Source of the DNA: Raillietiella orientalis
Lineage: Eukaryota
Direction: 5' to 3'
Assembly (NCBI GenBank): GCA_036172245.1
Contig: JAYWIR010000002.1
Span: 2,108,001-2,172,000, forward strand
Length of the DNA: 64,000 nucleotides
Shown piece after piece: positions 52,458-64,000 of this stretch (position 1 is the first letter of the stretch; each line of letters begins with the position of its first letter). Under the pieces are notes generated by a model, which saw only the letters and a program-made list of their open reading frames with translations, searched no databases and was not told where the DNA came from. Position numbers and translations under genes: made by a program.

Positions 52458-55400
52458 ATGGCGACTACGAGAGTTCTTCCACATAACAAAGAAGCTTTGT
52501 TAAAATCTTACAGCAAAAGGCTGAAGGATGACGTTAAATCAATATTGGAGAATTTTACTGGTATTTTATGCAATTTACAATATGTGATGTGTTCATTGCA
52601 TTTTAGAAATACTGAAACTTGTGAAGATTGATGACGAAACTCAAGTAACTAGGCTGACTCAATCAGAACAGGATCATCTTGAAACGAATGTCCGTGCCGC
52701 CAATATGGTAAAGTCATGCAACGTTTATCCCAACACAGACCTGCTTTAAAAAGTTGGTGCCTATGTTGTACATTGCACATTGTAAATTTTATAAAACAGA
52801 ATTCATTTTCAAAGTATTGCCATTGACTCATATTTTGGATTTAACTTGGGACTTGAAAGCTTCAGACGTTGTTAGTTGCAGCATACTGATTCAAGGTGCG
52901 AACTAAAATTTCATGATATTGCACTACCCCTAGTGGAATGTATCATGAATAACTGTTAGAATTGTTGGCTTTAAGTTATTTTGGATCTCTTTTTCTCGTA
53001 TATGTGATTCATTCTGTCGTCGTAGATTTTTGAGTGACATTGAAATTTGAGGAGATTCTTTATTGGATTGTTGTTTGAATTTTTTGCACAAACTTTTATT
53101 TCAAATATACTAGCACACCTTGTGTTTTGGTTTTGCATTTCTATATGTTATCATGAGTAATGGAAATTGCTAAAACATTTTGATAAAAATTAAAAAGGGC
53201 AAATATGAAACTCATGGGAATTGGTATTAATTTCTTTCACAAGTGCAATCATGAAGAAAATCTACTAGCATGATAAGTGTTTCAAACTGTAAAAAATCAA
53301 GTTAAATCAAGTCCTAGTAAAATCATTGGGTTATTTACGCATGTACCTTTTATTTGAAGGTAGTTAATGAATGTAGGCTGCTTACAGTGAATGTTGATCA
53401 GCAAATAATAAATGCAGAAAGAAATTGAAGAGATTTTTACCAGAAATAGACATGGGATCATTAGACTATTTTTGTGTTTAGTATATTGAATCAGAAATGC
53501 TAATGAGTAATAAAATTACTGGTAATATGCTTTCGTTGCTTAACTGTGTATCAGGAAATGTGTAATGCTGGAAATATAGCCACACAGGTATTCCATATAG
53601 ACATATTGCCATTATTACTCATGAATGAAAGCACTAAAGTGCACAAGCACTGAGATTTGAATTAAATGTGCAAAAACGAGTTTTCGTTTTTTCATTTGCC
53701 TGCATTCATAATGAAATCATCTTATTTGCAGTAACACTTTTGCTCTGACAAAGTGGTAAATAACGTAGATTACCAATAAAATTTGAAAAAAAGTAAAAAA
53801 GATAGAGCTTAATATAAAGCAAGGAAATAGCAATGTGTAATTAATTGTTATAGTTTTTCATCCATTTGTAACAATTTTTCGTTTTTTTTTTTTTTTTGAT
53901 GATTGTTTCTTGGAGAGAAATCCTTGGATTTGACTTTTCATGCTACTGTTTTTTCAGTGATAAGATTCATATATGCCCTTTCTTAATTCAAATTATGCCA
54001 CAGAATCAAATTAACGATACTTTTTCTTAGCTTGATTATTGAATTCATGAAGTCATTTGAGTTAAGTGGTATTATGAAATCTTTTCGAATCTTACAGTTT
54101 TGTATCATATTATTTGTAATTCCTTTTCGTTTCATGGTTAAATAACGTTTGTTTTTTAACTTTTTGATTCAGGGCACAGTTGTGAAAGTGAAGGGAATAG
54201 ATACCATCATTGTTGATGAAACAACATATAGTAAGGCTTTACTTTCCTGAATGAAATAAGATAATTTTCTTGCTTTGATCACATATCTCTTTACTGATTT
54301 TCAGTTCATGAATGAAGACTTCTTTTTTGTCATCATATGTATATTTGTATATATACACATATATATGCAGAGTCTTTTTGTTAATGTATCCCGTGTGCTT
54401 CAAACTGTTTTGGAATACAAACACATTTTAATGACACCTTTAAATACATTTCTTTGACCGAGTTACACGTTTGTTTTCATATATTCTGGAAATGGAGCTG
54501 TCATCTTTTTAAAAAGCATTAATTAGTTCACATTATTGTAAACAAAAATAGCAATTGACCCTTATTTGGAATCAGTGGATGTATTGAAATGCTCAAAAGT
54601 GTGGAAAGTTATCTTTCTGTTGCTTCCTTTTGTAGTTCGATGTAGTGCATGACTTGGAAGATTCAAATGATACAGCACTTTAATGTGAATTGTTGATATT
54701 GATCTTCATCTTTGACCTTCACTATTTGATTGAGCACAACATATGTGATGATTTACTTGAAATATGGACCCTTTCTGTGGAAAGTAAGACTGTGTCAACT
54801 GTTAGAAAATTCATATTAATGGAAAAAATACTTGTTTTGTGTAATTCTAGTTATAATTGATAACTATATATAAAAGGAATGCTTCTATGTGTATTAGTAT
54901 TGATTTCCTTGTATCTTTGTGTATTTGGTTTGCACATCTGCAGTTCTCTGTGTTAAAACATTAAAAACACGATATTTTGTGAATAAGGTATTTTTGAAGG
55001 TTACCTTGACTCTTTCCAGAAACTGTACTGAAAACATGCAATTTGGAATTGTGAGAATGTCTGCAAAATCATGTTATCCCCCCCCCCCCTTCCAAGAAGT
55101 CTCATTTTCTAAAATGGACTTTCTTGGAAATTGTAATTTGCAACTTCGAAATTGCATTAAAAACTTAATAGCTAGCAAACTATCATCGTAAAAGTACGCC
55201 AGACCTGATTTACGAAAGGACATATCTTACGCGAACCCATGGATCGTGGCACTTAAAATATTCAAGAATCTCGGGCTGGAGAACCTAATCAGAGCTTCTT
55301 ATGCGTGAAACCAATAGTCTTTTGGCAGACACAGGCAAGATGAACTTTAGGTGTAAGTGCTCTGTGCTAACTTTGAAAGCAAACCAAAGTTTTGAATCAA

Positions 55401-57425
55401 AGTCGAGGAAACCAAACAAATCAAAAGTCAAGCTGCGTGGAAGATGTAATGAATTTCAGAACATTTGAAGCTGATTAGTTGTTTTATTGAATGGGTGGAA
55501 TGGCCTAAATCGGGCTCCTTGAATGATTGAGGTCTCTGTGGTTTTTAAAAAATGCTCCGTGATTGCATCATTCATTGCATTGGTTGGATTGGGTGAGAAT
55601 GGCCAGGGTTCACCGGTGTTCCCGTTAGGTGGTAAGGGATACCTTATGGAGCGTTCCTGTCAATCCCCACACGGAAGGATGCTATTCCATTCATAACAAC
55701 TGTGGGCTATCATGCAAATTTCGAAGTTGTAAATATTTGGAACGGAATTACAGGACGGATGCGTTTCCGTGATGTTTCTTCAGCTCGAGTCAACTGAAGA
55801 AACCAGCGTGTTAAAAGCAGAAACTGTTTTAGCAGCTTGCCCAATGCATTCTGGGTATAGAATTTCCGCAGGAGTGGATAATGACGAGAAACATTGTAAC
55901 AAACTTTCCGCAGGTATAGAGGAATTCGTGAGATTGATCTTGATGGAATGTCCGTTGATTTCCACACGTAGAAGTAAGCCCTTTCAAAGAGTGCTCTTGG
56001 TGGCAGCATTTGGTCCACCTTTCGTCTCAGGTACTAACGGTTTACAGTAGAGCGATTGTTCTAGGCAAACGTGCTTCAAAAAACACACCCACACACATTT
56101 TCTAACATATAGAGCTTCGTCAAACCGATCCTTCGTCAAGACGGATCTTTGAAGGTGGCTGGCTGCTCCTGACCAACTGAAAAAAGGTGAAGTAAAAGAA
56201 CTCTGATGGAAAAAAAAAATTCCTTCTCCTGCTTTTTCTTTTGCTGCAGTTCATAAGAGACGTTTGATGGTTCGAGTTGCTTCTGCGTCAAAAACGGAAT
56301 TTTATAGCTCTGATAGAATAATAGCCAGCCGAATTTTGTTCCGCAGTTCCTTTTTGGAAGGTGTTCTGAGGAGACGGCTAGCCAAGAGTGGTGGTCTTCT
56401 TCACCTTGGGAACGTCAGTTGTTTGCACACCATGAATCGCTATGATTTGTTCATCTCTCAAGTATTTGTACATTTCAAGGTTCGATGTGTTTTCACATCA
56501 GCAACATTATTCACCCTTTTAGAGCTTCATGCTAACGGACATTCGTTTTGAAAATGCATTTTTGTGTTTCTCGAGTTTGTAGAGCAGCACAGTTTTCCAC
56601 ATCTACGTGTTTATCCCGTACATGAATTGCTGTTACGAAAGTCAACTTCTGCATGTGTTCATTTGGACCTTGCAATAGGTCTCGTTTGTGGTGGTGGATA
56701 ATTAATTTCAGACCACCGGGTGTTTGGGGTCTTACGATTGCAATCTCTGGACCGCTCTTCGCTGGCATCTCTCAGTCACAAAAGTGGTCTAATTTACATT
56801 TGCCTGTAATAAGATACAGCGATTTGAGTAGATCAGTGATCACAGGTTACGTTAATTAGTTCACTCCGAAAACCTTTTTTGAACTGAAATTCTTCGAAGT
56901 GATTGCAAGGAGTGTAAAAGTGGAAGATCCACCATTTCAGCCCCCTCCCTTCCTCAGACCCAATCATCTGCTTTTGCGCAGTCTGTGGATTTATCGGGGC
57001 AAGATGAGGATCTTCCTTTGAAATTGAAAAATTTTTTTTACAATGTAATTGTGTGATGGTAATTTTTCTTTGTTTGTTTGTTTATTTGCAGTTCACACGG
57101 ATTTTCTGCTTTTTCGTGGTGAAACACCGTGGTGTCTCATCGAGCTGCATGCAAATAGTTCGATTGTGTTCCGCCATTGTCTAAATAAGGAATTTTATGG
57201 TTTCAGGTTAGAGCCTGCGATTCTCTTACCAAGCTTGTGTCTGACATCAAGCAGTATCTCATCCTCAATGACTTTCCCTCGGTGAACGAAACCATCGAAA
57301 ACAACAGCAAAGTTTACCTCAACATGCAAAGTGAATGCGATGCGAAGCTTCTGGCGCTACGAGACGACATGTCTTCCGATTTGTACGAAATGGAAGAGGA
57401 GTATTATTCATCGGTCTATAAATGA
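52458..57425 (+). CDS. MED22: Mediator subunit 22, 140 aa; exons 52458-52560, 52607-52707, 57207-57425
   Basis: Spliced translation [38 protein letters not shown]...[34 protein letters not shown]...[12 protein letters not shown] matches MED22. GT-AG junctions are in frame. Confidence 0.95.
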
Positions 57426-57600
57426 CGGAGAGTCCCTTTGCTGCAACGCTGAGCGGCACCGGGGCAAGAGAGGAGCCACCGGAAGTCAACAGACGTTGGG
57501 CTGCCAGGCTGCTGCTGCATGGCAGCCCTCTCGTCGACCGACTTTGTGCCAAGGAACCGAACGGGCATGCCTGTAACCTGATGTGAGAAACGATCTCATG

Positions 57601-57640
57601 TATATATATATACACACACACACACACACATATATATATA
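57601..57640. repeat. Compound (TA)n(CA)n(TA)n microsatellite in the MED22 3' region, followed by AATAAA at 57651
   Basis: Directly visible in the sequence. Confidence 0.9.
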
Positions 57641-60600
57641 TTTTATTGCAAATAAAAATTTCCCATTTGGTGCAAACTTCAGGAATCGTAAGGGTTCGCC
57701 TGGTAGTCTTCGAATTCGAGAAAACTGTCTTCTGAAGGGTATTCATGCTTTTTTGTTGCGCTATCGTTGAAAGATATCTTCATGCTCTGAAATTATATAA
57801 ATCTTTGGCATAAATTTGAATATGATTTGGGAAAAAGTTATTGCATTTTTCATCGTGGTCACGAGCGCTACGTATGTCTGTTGGAAATTTGACTGCTGAA
57901 ATCACGTCCCTACACATTTCCATAGTGTGCTCGAAGGCAGGCTGCAAAGCATTTGCATGTTTTCTGAGATCTGTTACGGGTGCTGAAGGAACAGGCTCTA
58001 AAACTATGCTAGTGGGCCAGTAACGGTTTCCGTCTTTTTTTTTTTTTTTTTAAAAAAAAAAAGGATGTCGATGTTTGATTTCGACAATGTGTACGTACAT
58101 TGAAATTCACTAATGTCATGCACCTAGAAAACTACTGATAAGTGGCCCATTTAAATCTTTCGATTGATGCAATTCTACCGATTCAAAATAGGATACATCG
58201 ATTTCTTAAACTAAAACCGCAGCTCCCTTCCCCCCCCCCCCGTTTTTTTTTTTTTTCTACTGAAAAGGAAGAAACAATTACATACTGTTGACCACTAAAA
58301 GTGAGTGCAATACTATGGGGTACAACACCCATAGCTACGGGGTGATCGGTCCCTGAAGCCACACTACAAGAACAAGAATTCATAAGTTTTTGAACGATGT
58401 GTAAGAATGCGGCAAGTGCATTTGCATTTCCCCACAAAAAAACAGCTGTTTCCTTAGCATGCGGAACCTCACGAACAGTAGCCTCGAAGAAGTGTATCGG
58501 TGTTGGGGAATAAAGGAAAACCGGATTGAGAAGTCCGGAACGCCTGAGGGAGCGAGACGCGAAAATCAGATATCGCTATGGGCCCGTGTTTTTCTCTTTC
58601 ATAATCACCACAAAACATGACACAAAGTCGTCGAAATTTCATTGGAATTCAAAGTTCGAATCCGTCTATCGGCAGCCGCATACACGCTGCATCCGAATTT
58701 TCTTCTTGCGCCAACCCGGGACTGCCCAAACGATCCAAGCGATTAGCAGCCTGCATCGTCCTGTTACGGACCGTGAATACCGAGCGAATGGGAATCAAGG
58801 ACCTGGTCAGCGTGACAAGACGGCGCAGCTTTTGAGGCGCTTCCTCCGGGAGCGGCGCAAGCCATCGCTCGGCGTAGCAGGTAGAAGCGCGCTCCGGCGA
58901 ATCCAGGGATCGTTCCCGAAACACAGCTGCAACCCCAAATCGGCCGCAACAGCGCCGGGCCGAGGTTCCCGTTTCCATGTGCGCGTTCCTGAACTCGCCG
59001 GGATGGTCACGCGCTACTCAAGAGGAAGCATCGGCATCCCCCCAGAGCGTCACGCAGACTAACAGATGATGCGAGCAGGTTTTGTCCCAGCTACTGGGCC
59101 CTCCACACCTACGCCTGTTCGCTTTACTCCTATGGCTTCCCAGTTGCTTCCGAAGCTGTCGATGACACGTACCTCATCTTTAGTTCTTTCTTCGGTTGCA
59201 AACATTCCCCCCCCCCCTCTCTCCCCCCATTTCCCCACTGAATGTCGATTTCCAACACGCGAGCGCAAACTCGGAGAAAGGTTGGCGGAGGTTTGCAGGA
59301 AGTAGAGGTGATCCCGGAACACGTTTTGCGACGTTTAGCGATCTGGGAAGCTGAATCTCAAGAGCAGGGTGCAGGGACATCAGCAGCTCGTCAGGCAAGT
59401 CTTTCGACGTTTCGCACTTATTCTCCTGAAGATGGTCATCGCTTGAAAAGAAAAAAAAAAAAACGCCCGAAGAGCTAGAAGGAAAACTCCATGCTTTCGG
59501 AGAACGCTTCCCTTTGCCCAGCTGAAAGACAGCTGGAGAACGGATTCTGCAGCAAGGGTGAGTCCCAGCACCAGGTACGTCTGCGACGATCTGCACGTTA
59601 AGGAAAGGTGGAAAACCCGATCCGGCACTTCGTCGGTGATGATTCCACTTGACTCTGCTCTAAGGGAGCGGAACCGACGGATCGTGCGTCACCGTTCTGT
59701 TCCCTTCGTTGCCCTGCGACCATTAGTCGATGGCGCAAGACCACGTGCCGCCTTCAGAACGAAAAGCGATTCGGGGAGCGCCGTGATCGTCCACGCTAAC
59801 AGCCACCATCGCCCATTTCTACGGCTCCTTTTGTTCAACGGACAGTGTGTGTTCGTATCCACTGAACTTCGTTTGCTGACAGGAATCTTTTCCCCACCGC
59901 TCCCGCGTTCCAGTAAAGCCATCTCAGACGGTCATGGTTACCCATTGCCGAATCTACGAAGGCCCTCCACCGCGTCTGTTTCCACCTTTTTCCATCTTCC
60001 TTTCCGACCTCTCCGATTTCCGAACTGTTTTCCGACCGCGCCAAAGTACGAGACTCCAAGCACGGAGGAACTTGGCAGCCCTGTTTGGCGGCAACCTTCC
60101 TTTCTACCCGATGCCGCACAGGCCCCGAGCGAATACGAGAGATATCTTTCGGGGAAGACGGTCCACTCGCGGGGAAGCCGTTTCGCCCTTCCGGCTCGGT
60201 CGCACTCTGCTTCCCACGTCGTCGTCCTGCGCACCCAAAATTGGGCGGTTCCCTGGCGGGCTGACGGACAAATTACGACTCCGGCACACAACGCGCGCGC
60301 CTTAATAAGGGACGTCTATGCTTCAGCACGCAAAGAGACCGCACCATCGACAAATTACGGGATTGCAAGGCTCTTCTTCAGCAATCCGCAAGGACGCTGC
60401 TAAACCGACGCAGGTGACCTTTTTTTTCTTCTTTTATTCGTTTTCACCGGCGCGACGACCCGGGGTCGCTCCCACGTCACGGCGGCAACGCGAGACTTCG
60501 AAGTCTTCCTCCGCTCGAAGCGCGCCGCGAGCGGGCGGCCGGGTCTGCCGGAAATGCAACCTCGACGCTTCCTGGATCCACGCTCTCCCGAGCAACACGT

Positions 60601-63600
60601 TCCCAACGGTGAGCAGCCGTTCATTAGCCGCGGCTCAAGAGAGCGGCCGCGGCGGATCTTCATGGCCATTTCGAGCGGCAACGGAAGGAAGGATGGAGGC
60701 GGGCGGAGGATCCGAAGAGCGCAACCCCCCACCGACTACCACGACGCAGGGAACGGCGGCGAGACGGACGTGCCCCGATGAGGCAGGGAGGCACGTGGGG
60801 TGGGATGGGGAGGGGAAATACCTGGGAGGACCCGTCCCAGAGGCTACTCCGAGGAGAGGAACGGGAGGACCCGGTCCGGCGGAGGTGCGCACCACATCCT
60901 GCCCGGAAAATGAGTCAGCCAGTTTTCGTGCTCCACCTACTGCGCCAGCGCTAACCGGTCGCCACCTGGCGCCGTGCACCTGCACTTCGTTCCTCCCCCT
61001 CTTGGGTTCTTGCACGGCAGTGAGCCGTCGGTCTCTCGACGGCCATAAGCGAATGGAAAACGCGCACGCGCGCGCGGAGGAGGGGGGAGAGGGGGGGGAG
61101 TCAGGAGTGGGGACGGCAGTGCACTGCAGCGGCAGCGGTGGCGATGGGGAGAGCGAGGAGTCCGGTGAGCGCGCTTCTAGGCAAGACTTCCGCGGAGACC
61201 TCTCTTCGCTCCGGAGTTCCGCTCTTCGCCGCGCGTGCCGGCCAGCTTAGGCAGGGCGCGCGCCTCCCCCTCTTCCACTTCAAACGCGGCCTACGCTTCC
61301 TGGAGAGCCTCCCATTCGGCGGAGCTCTCCCTCCCCCCGCACGATCCCAGACCGGCAAACACACACGCTGCGCGCGCCGGTTCGAAGACCCAGCCTCAGG
61401 CTGAGAGTAGGTTGCTGGCTGCTTTCACACATCAGCATCCGTTTCCGGAAACTGAGGGCCGTCCGCGTGGTTCCGTCAGCTGCCGCTGAAACGACACGTA
61501 GGCATTCCCCTCCCTCCCACTGCTACCGCTTCAGGACGCATCCGTCTCTCGTGGCTCGGCGCGAAGAGATTCACCCCCTCCCCCCCACCTCCTCCCATAG
61601 ATTCCTGTTGTCAAAGAGACACCGGCGACGTATTCTGGCGGAGAAGAGTCAGGATCCGTCAAATTCTAAAAATAGACTGGGAATACGGCGAAGTGGGGGG
61701 AGATAGGGGGGGGGGGGGAGGAGGTTGTTACACAACATCCATCTGTCGCTCCCTCTTCAGGACGGAACGAAAGGGATCGGTTACAGAGGAGGCATTCCCA
61801 GACTGAAGATGGGGAAAGAACGGATGCGCGGGCGGCGGCGCGCTCGCTCTGTCAATCACTTGGAATCTCATTTGGCTAGTTTTCCTCTTGCCACTCCGAG
61901 ACGGGGAGGGGGTGCGACGAAGAACGCGCGCGCGCGTTTCGCTACGCTCCCAGGGCACACGCGTCCTTCCACGCAAGGAGCACGTCCTCCTGCAGCTGCA
62001 TCCCGAGTCGAAGGTGGCAGCCTCATCCTTGCAGGCGATCGCTCGACGACGCTCGCCGTAACTTGTGCTACATCTCGCAGCTTCCTCTTCTTCCCTCGTC
62101 CTCCTTCCTCCCCCCTCCCTCCCCCTCCCGCCGTTCGGGCAGGTGGGGCCTCGCAAACCGATCGTGCGCGTGCGCGCGAAACGCGAAGATTGGAGCACGT
62201 GACGGAAACACAGCTCGGCGTTGCGGATTGCCCACCGTTCGCAAGCAAGGGGTGAACGCACGATGCGGACACGACTTTTTTTTTTTTTTTTTCGTTTGTT
62301 CCCGAAGGAATGCTCCATTCCTCCTGGTGTTCGGTATCAGCATCCATTTCCTCCCCCCCCCCTCCTTTTCCGGTTTATTCCCCTCGGCTCTCGAGCTGAC
62401 TCACCCGTGCGCCTCTTCTCCGTCATTGGCTCTTGCGCAATTCCGTTTCTGATGACCCATCCCTTCCCCAACCTGCGTTCCATCGGGAGCTTTCTCCCGC
62501 TTGATCCGGGCAACAGCAACCCCTCCCCATCGGTCGCAACAATGGCCCGGGGGTTCCGTTGCGCCAGGAAGAGTTGGGAGCGCGGGCGCAACCGAGTGGT
62601 CGGCAGCCGACCTCCGTTCCTCAGCGCCAGACGCGTCCCGGAAAACGCACGAGGATGCATTCGTGTGGGCGATCCGGTGCGAACGATGGCACGTGCATAA
62701 CTGCGTAGGTGCTGCGAGTGGGAAGCTCTGTGGGGCGCTCCAACTCCGGGCCACGATGGGGTACCAGCGTCACCGTTAGGACCCCCTTTGGAGTTAGAGC
62801 AGCGCCCTTCGTGTCGCCGTTCCCTACGCGCTCGCTCGGTGCAGCCGCAGGAAGATGCGAATTTCGAAGTGACTGGCTTTTCCTCTTCCCCCTCAACCAC
62901 CCCACCCAAGATCTGGTTTCACAGGCAAGCGTCATCGCGAAGCGGATTTCCAAATGATCCCGGAGCTGCCAACGAGTCTGTCGCCTGCGATCCGCGGAGC
63001 CACCCCCGGCTGCAAGCGAAATTTCTCGAGCAGATCGAAAGGGCTTGTGCGGATCCTGCTGCAGCGCCGCGAGCGCAGATGACGAAGACGGGTCAACCAG
63101 GGGGGGGGGCTTGTGAAAAGCGGACCGCGGGAGAATCGGAAGACCCGCCCCCTCCTCCCCCGTGGACACCGGTGCGGGAATCGAGCGCGGCAAAATGGGG
63201 AAACACAGTCGGGGAAATGCCGGAGGCGTTTTGGCTGTGCCGCACAAGACGGGAGGCACACACATGCATGAGAAGAAACGCACACACTTGGTAGGGAAGG
63301 GCGGAGAGGAAAAGCTGCAGTTGGCCAGTACTTCATTTTCAACAACGCTGCTACCGGACCAGGTCCGAAAAGGAACTTTTGATGCTGGCAAAGGGATGCA
63401 CGGGAAACCGCAGCAAGTAATCGTCATCGGCTTGGGTTTGACGAGTTTCGAGTCGACTGCTCTCTGTCTGCTGACGGACTTGGGCGTTCAACGAAACACC
63501 TCGGCGTCAAACGTGGGACTTGTCCATCCCAACGAAACCGGGAACCTTGGAAACCCCCCTCGATCTGAAGTATCCACCACTGTGACGATTTCGGAGCATG

Positions 63601-64000
63601 CCCCAACATTTCAGCTACCTGTAGATTCGGTCAACAGACTCTTCCTCAGCGTTTTCGGATGGGAAACACACACACACAAAAGAGGGGGGGGGGGGGGGAT
63701 GACAAAGGAAAAAGAAAATAAAAACGAAAGTTAATCGTTTTTATTTTCCTCGCAGACAGCTTGGCTTTCCTTGAAATGATTTCGCTGCCTACATTTACAC
63801 TACTAGGCTGAAGCAAAATAGATGGGTCGTTCAATAAAAGCACGAAACTTCATGTTGGCTTGTGGTTGAAAACAAAACACACACACACCCACACATTTTT
63901 ACCTCCTCCCCCCACTTATTGGAACACTAATAGTCGCCTGACTGTACCAAAAATGCTACACGAATGGCACTACACGTGATTCGTTATAAATTGGCACACA

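Noticed and set aside
59558-63427. Long ORFs of 268-310 aa
   Set aside because: Low-complexity Arg/Pro/Gly/Ala translations expected from GC-rich DNA; they overlap in several frames and show no domain motif.

Overview
Eukaryotic (invertebrate animal) genomic DNA with compact genes whose introns are mostly 40-85 nt. Intact genes that can be reconstructed: SPPL3 (+), VPS52 (-), two tandem LRRC47 paralogs (-), an alpha-tubulin (+) and MED22 (+). The middle of the window (about 19.5-43.5 kb) is a rearrangement hotspot. It holds a ~5.07 kb duplication carrying LRRC47, with a decayed L1/Tx1-type LINE between the two copies, and a shorter repeat present three times at ~9.3 kb spacing. A second decayed LINE of the same type is split in its RT domain by a ~1.8 kb nuclear copy of mitochondrial DNA (atp8-atp6-cox3-trnG). 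The most striking observation is that the two LRRC47 units look identical in their non-coding flanks but differ heavily, mostly non-synonymously, inside the gene. One copy departs from conserved motifs of the PheRS-beta-like B3/4 domain and gains basic residues in the LRRs. All comparisons were made by eye; no searches or alignments were run.
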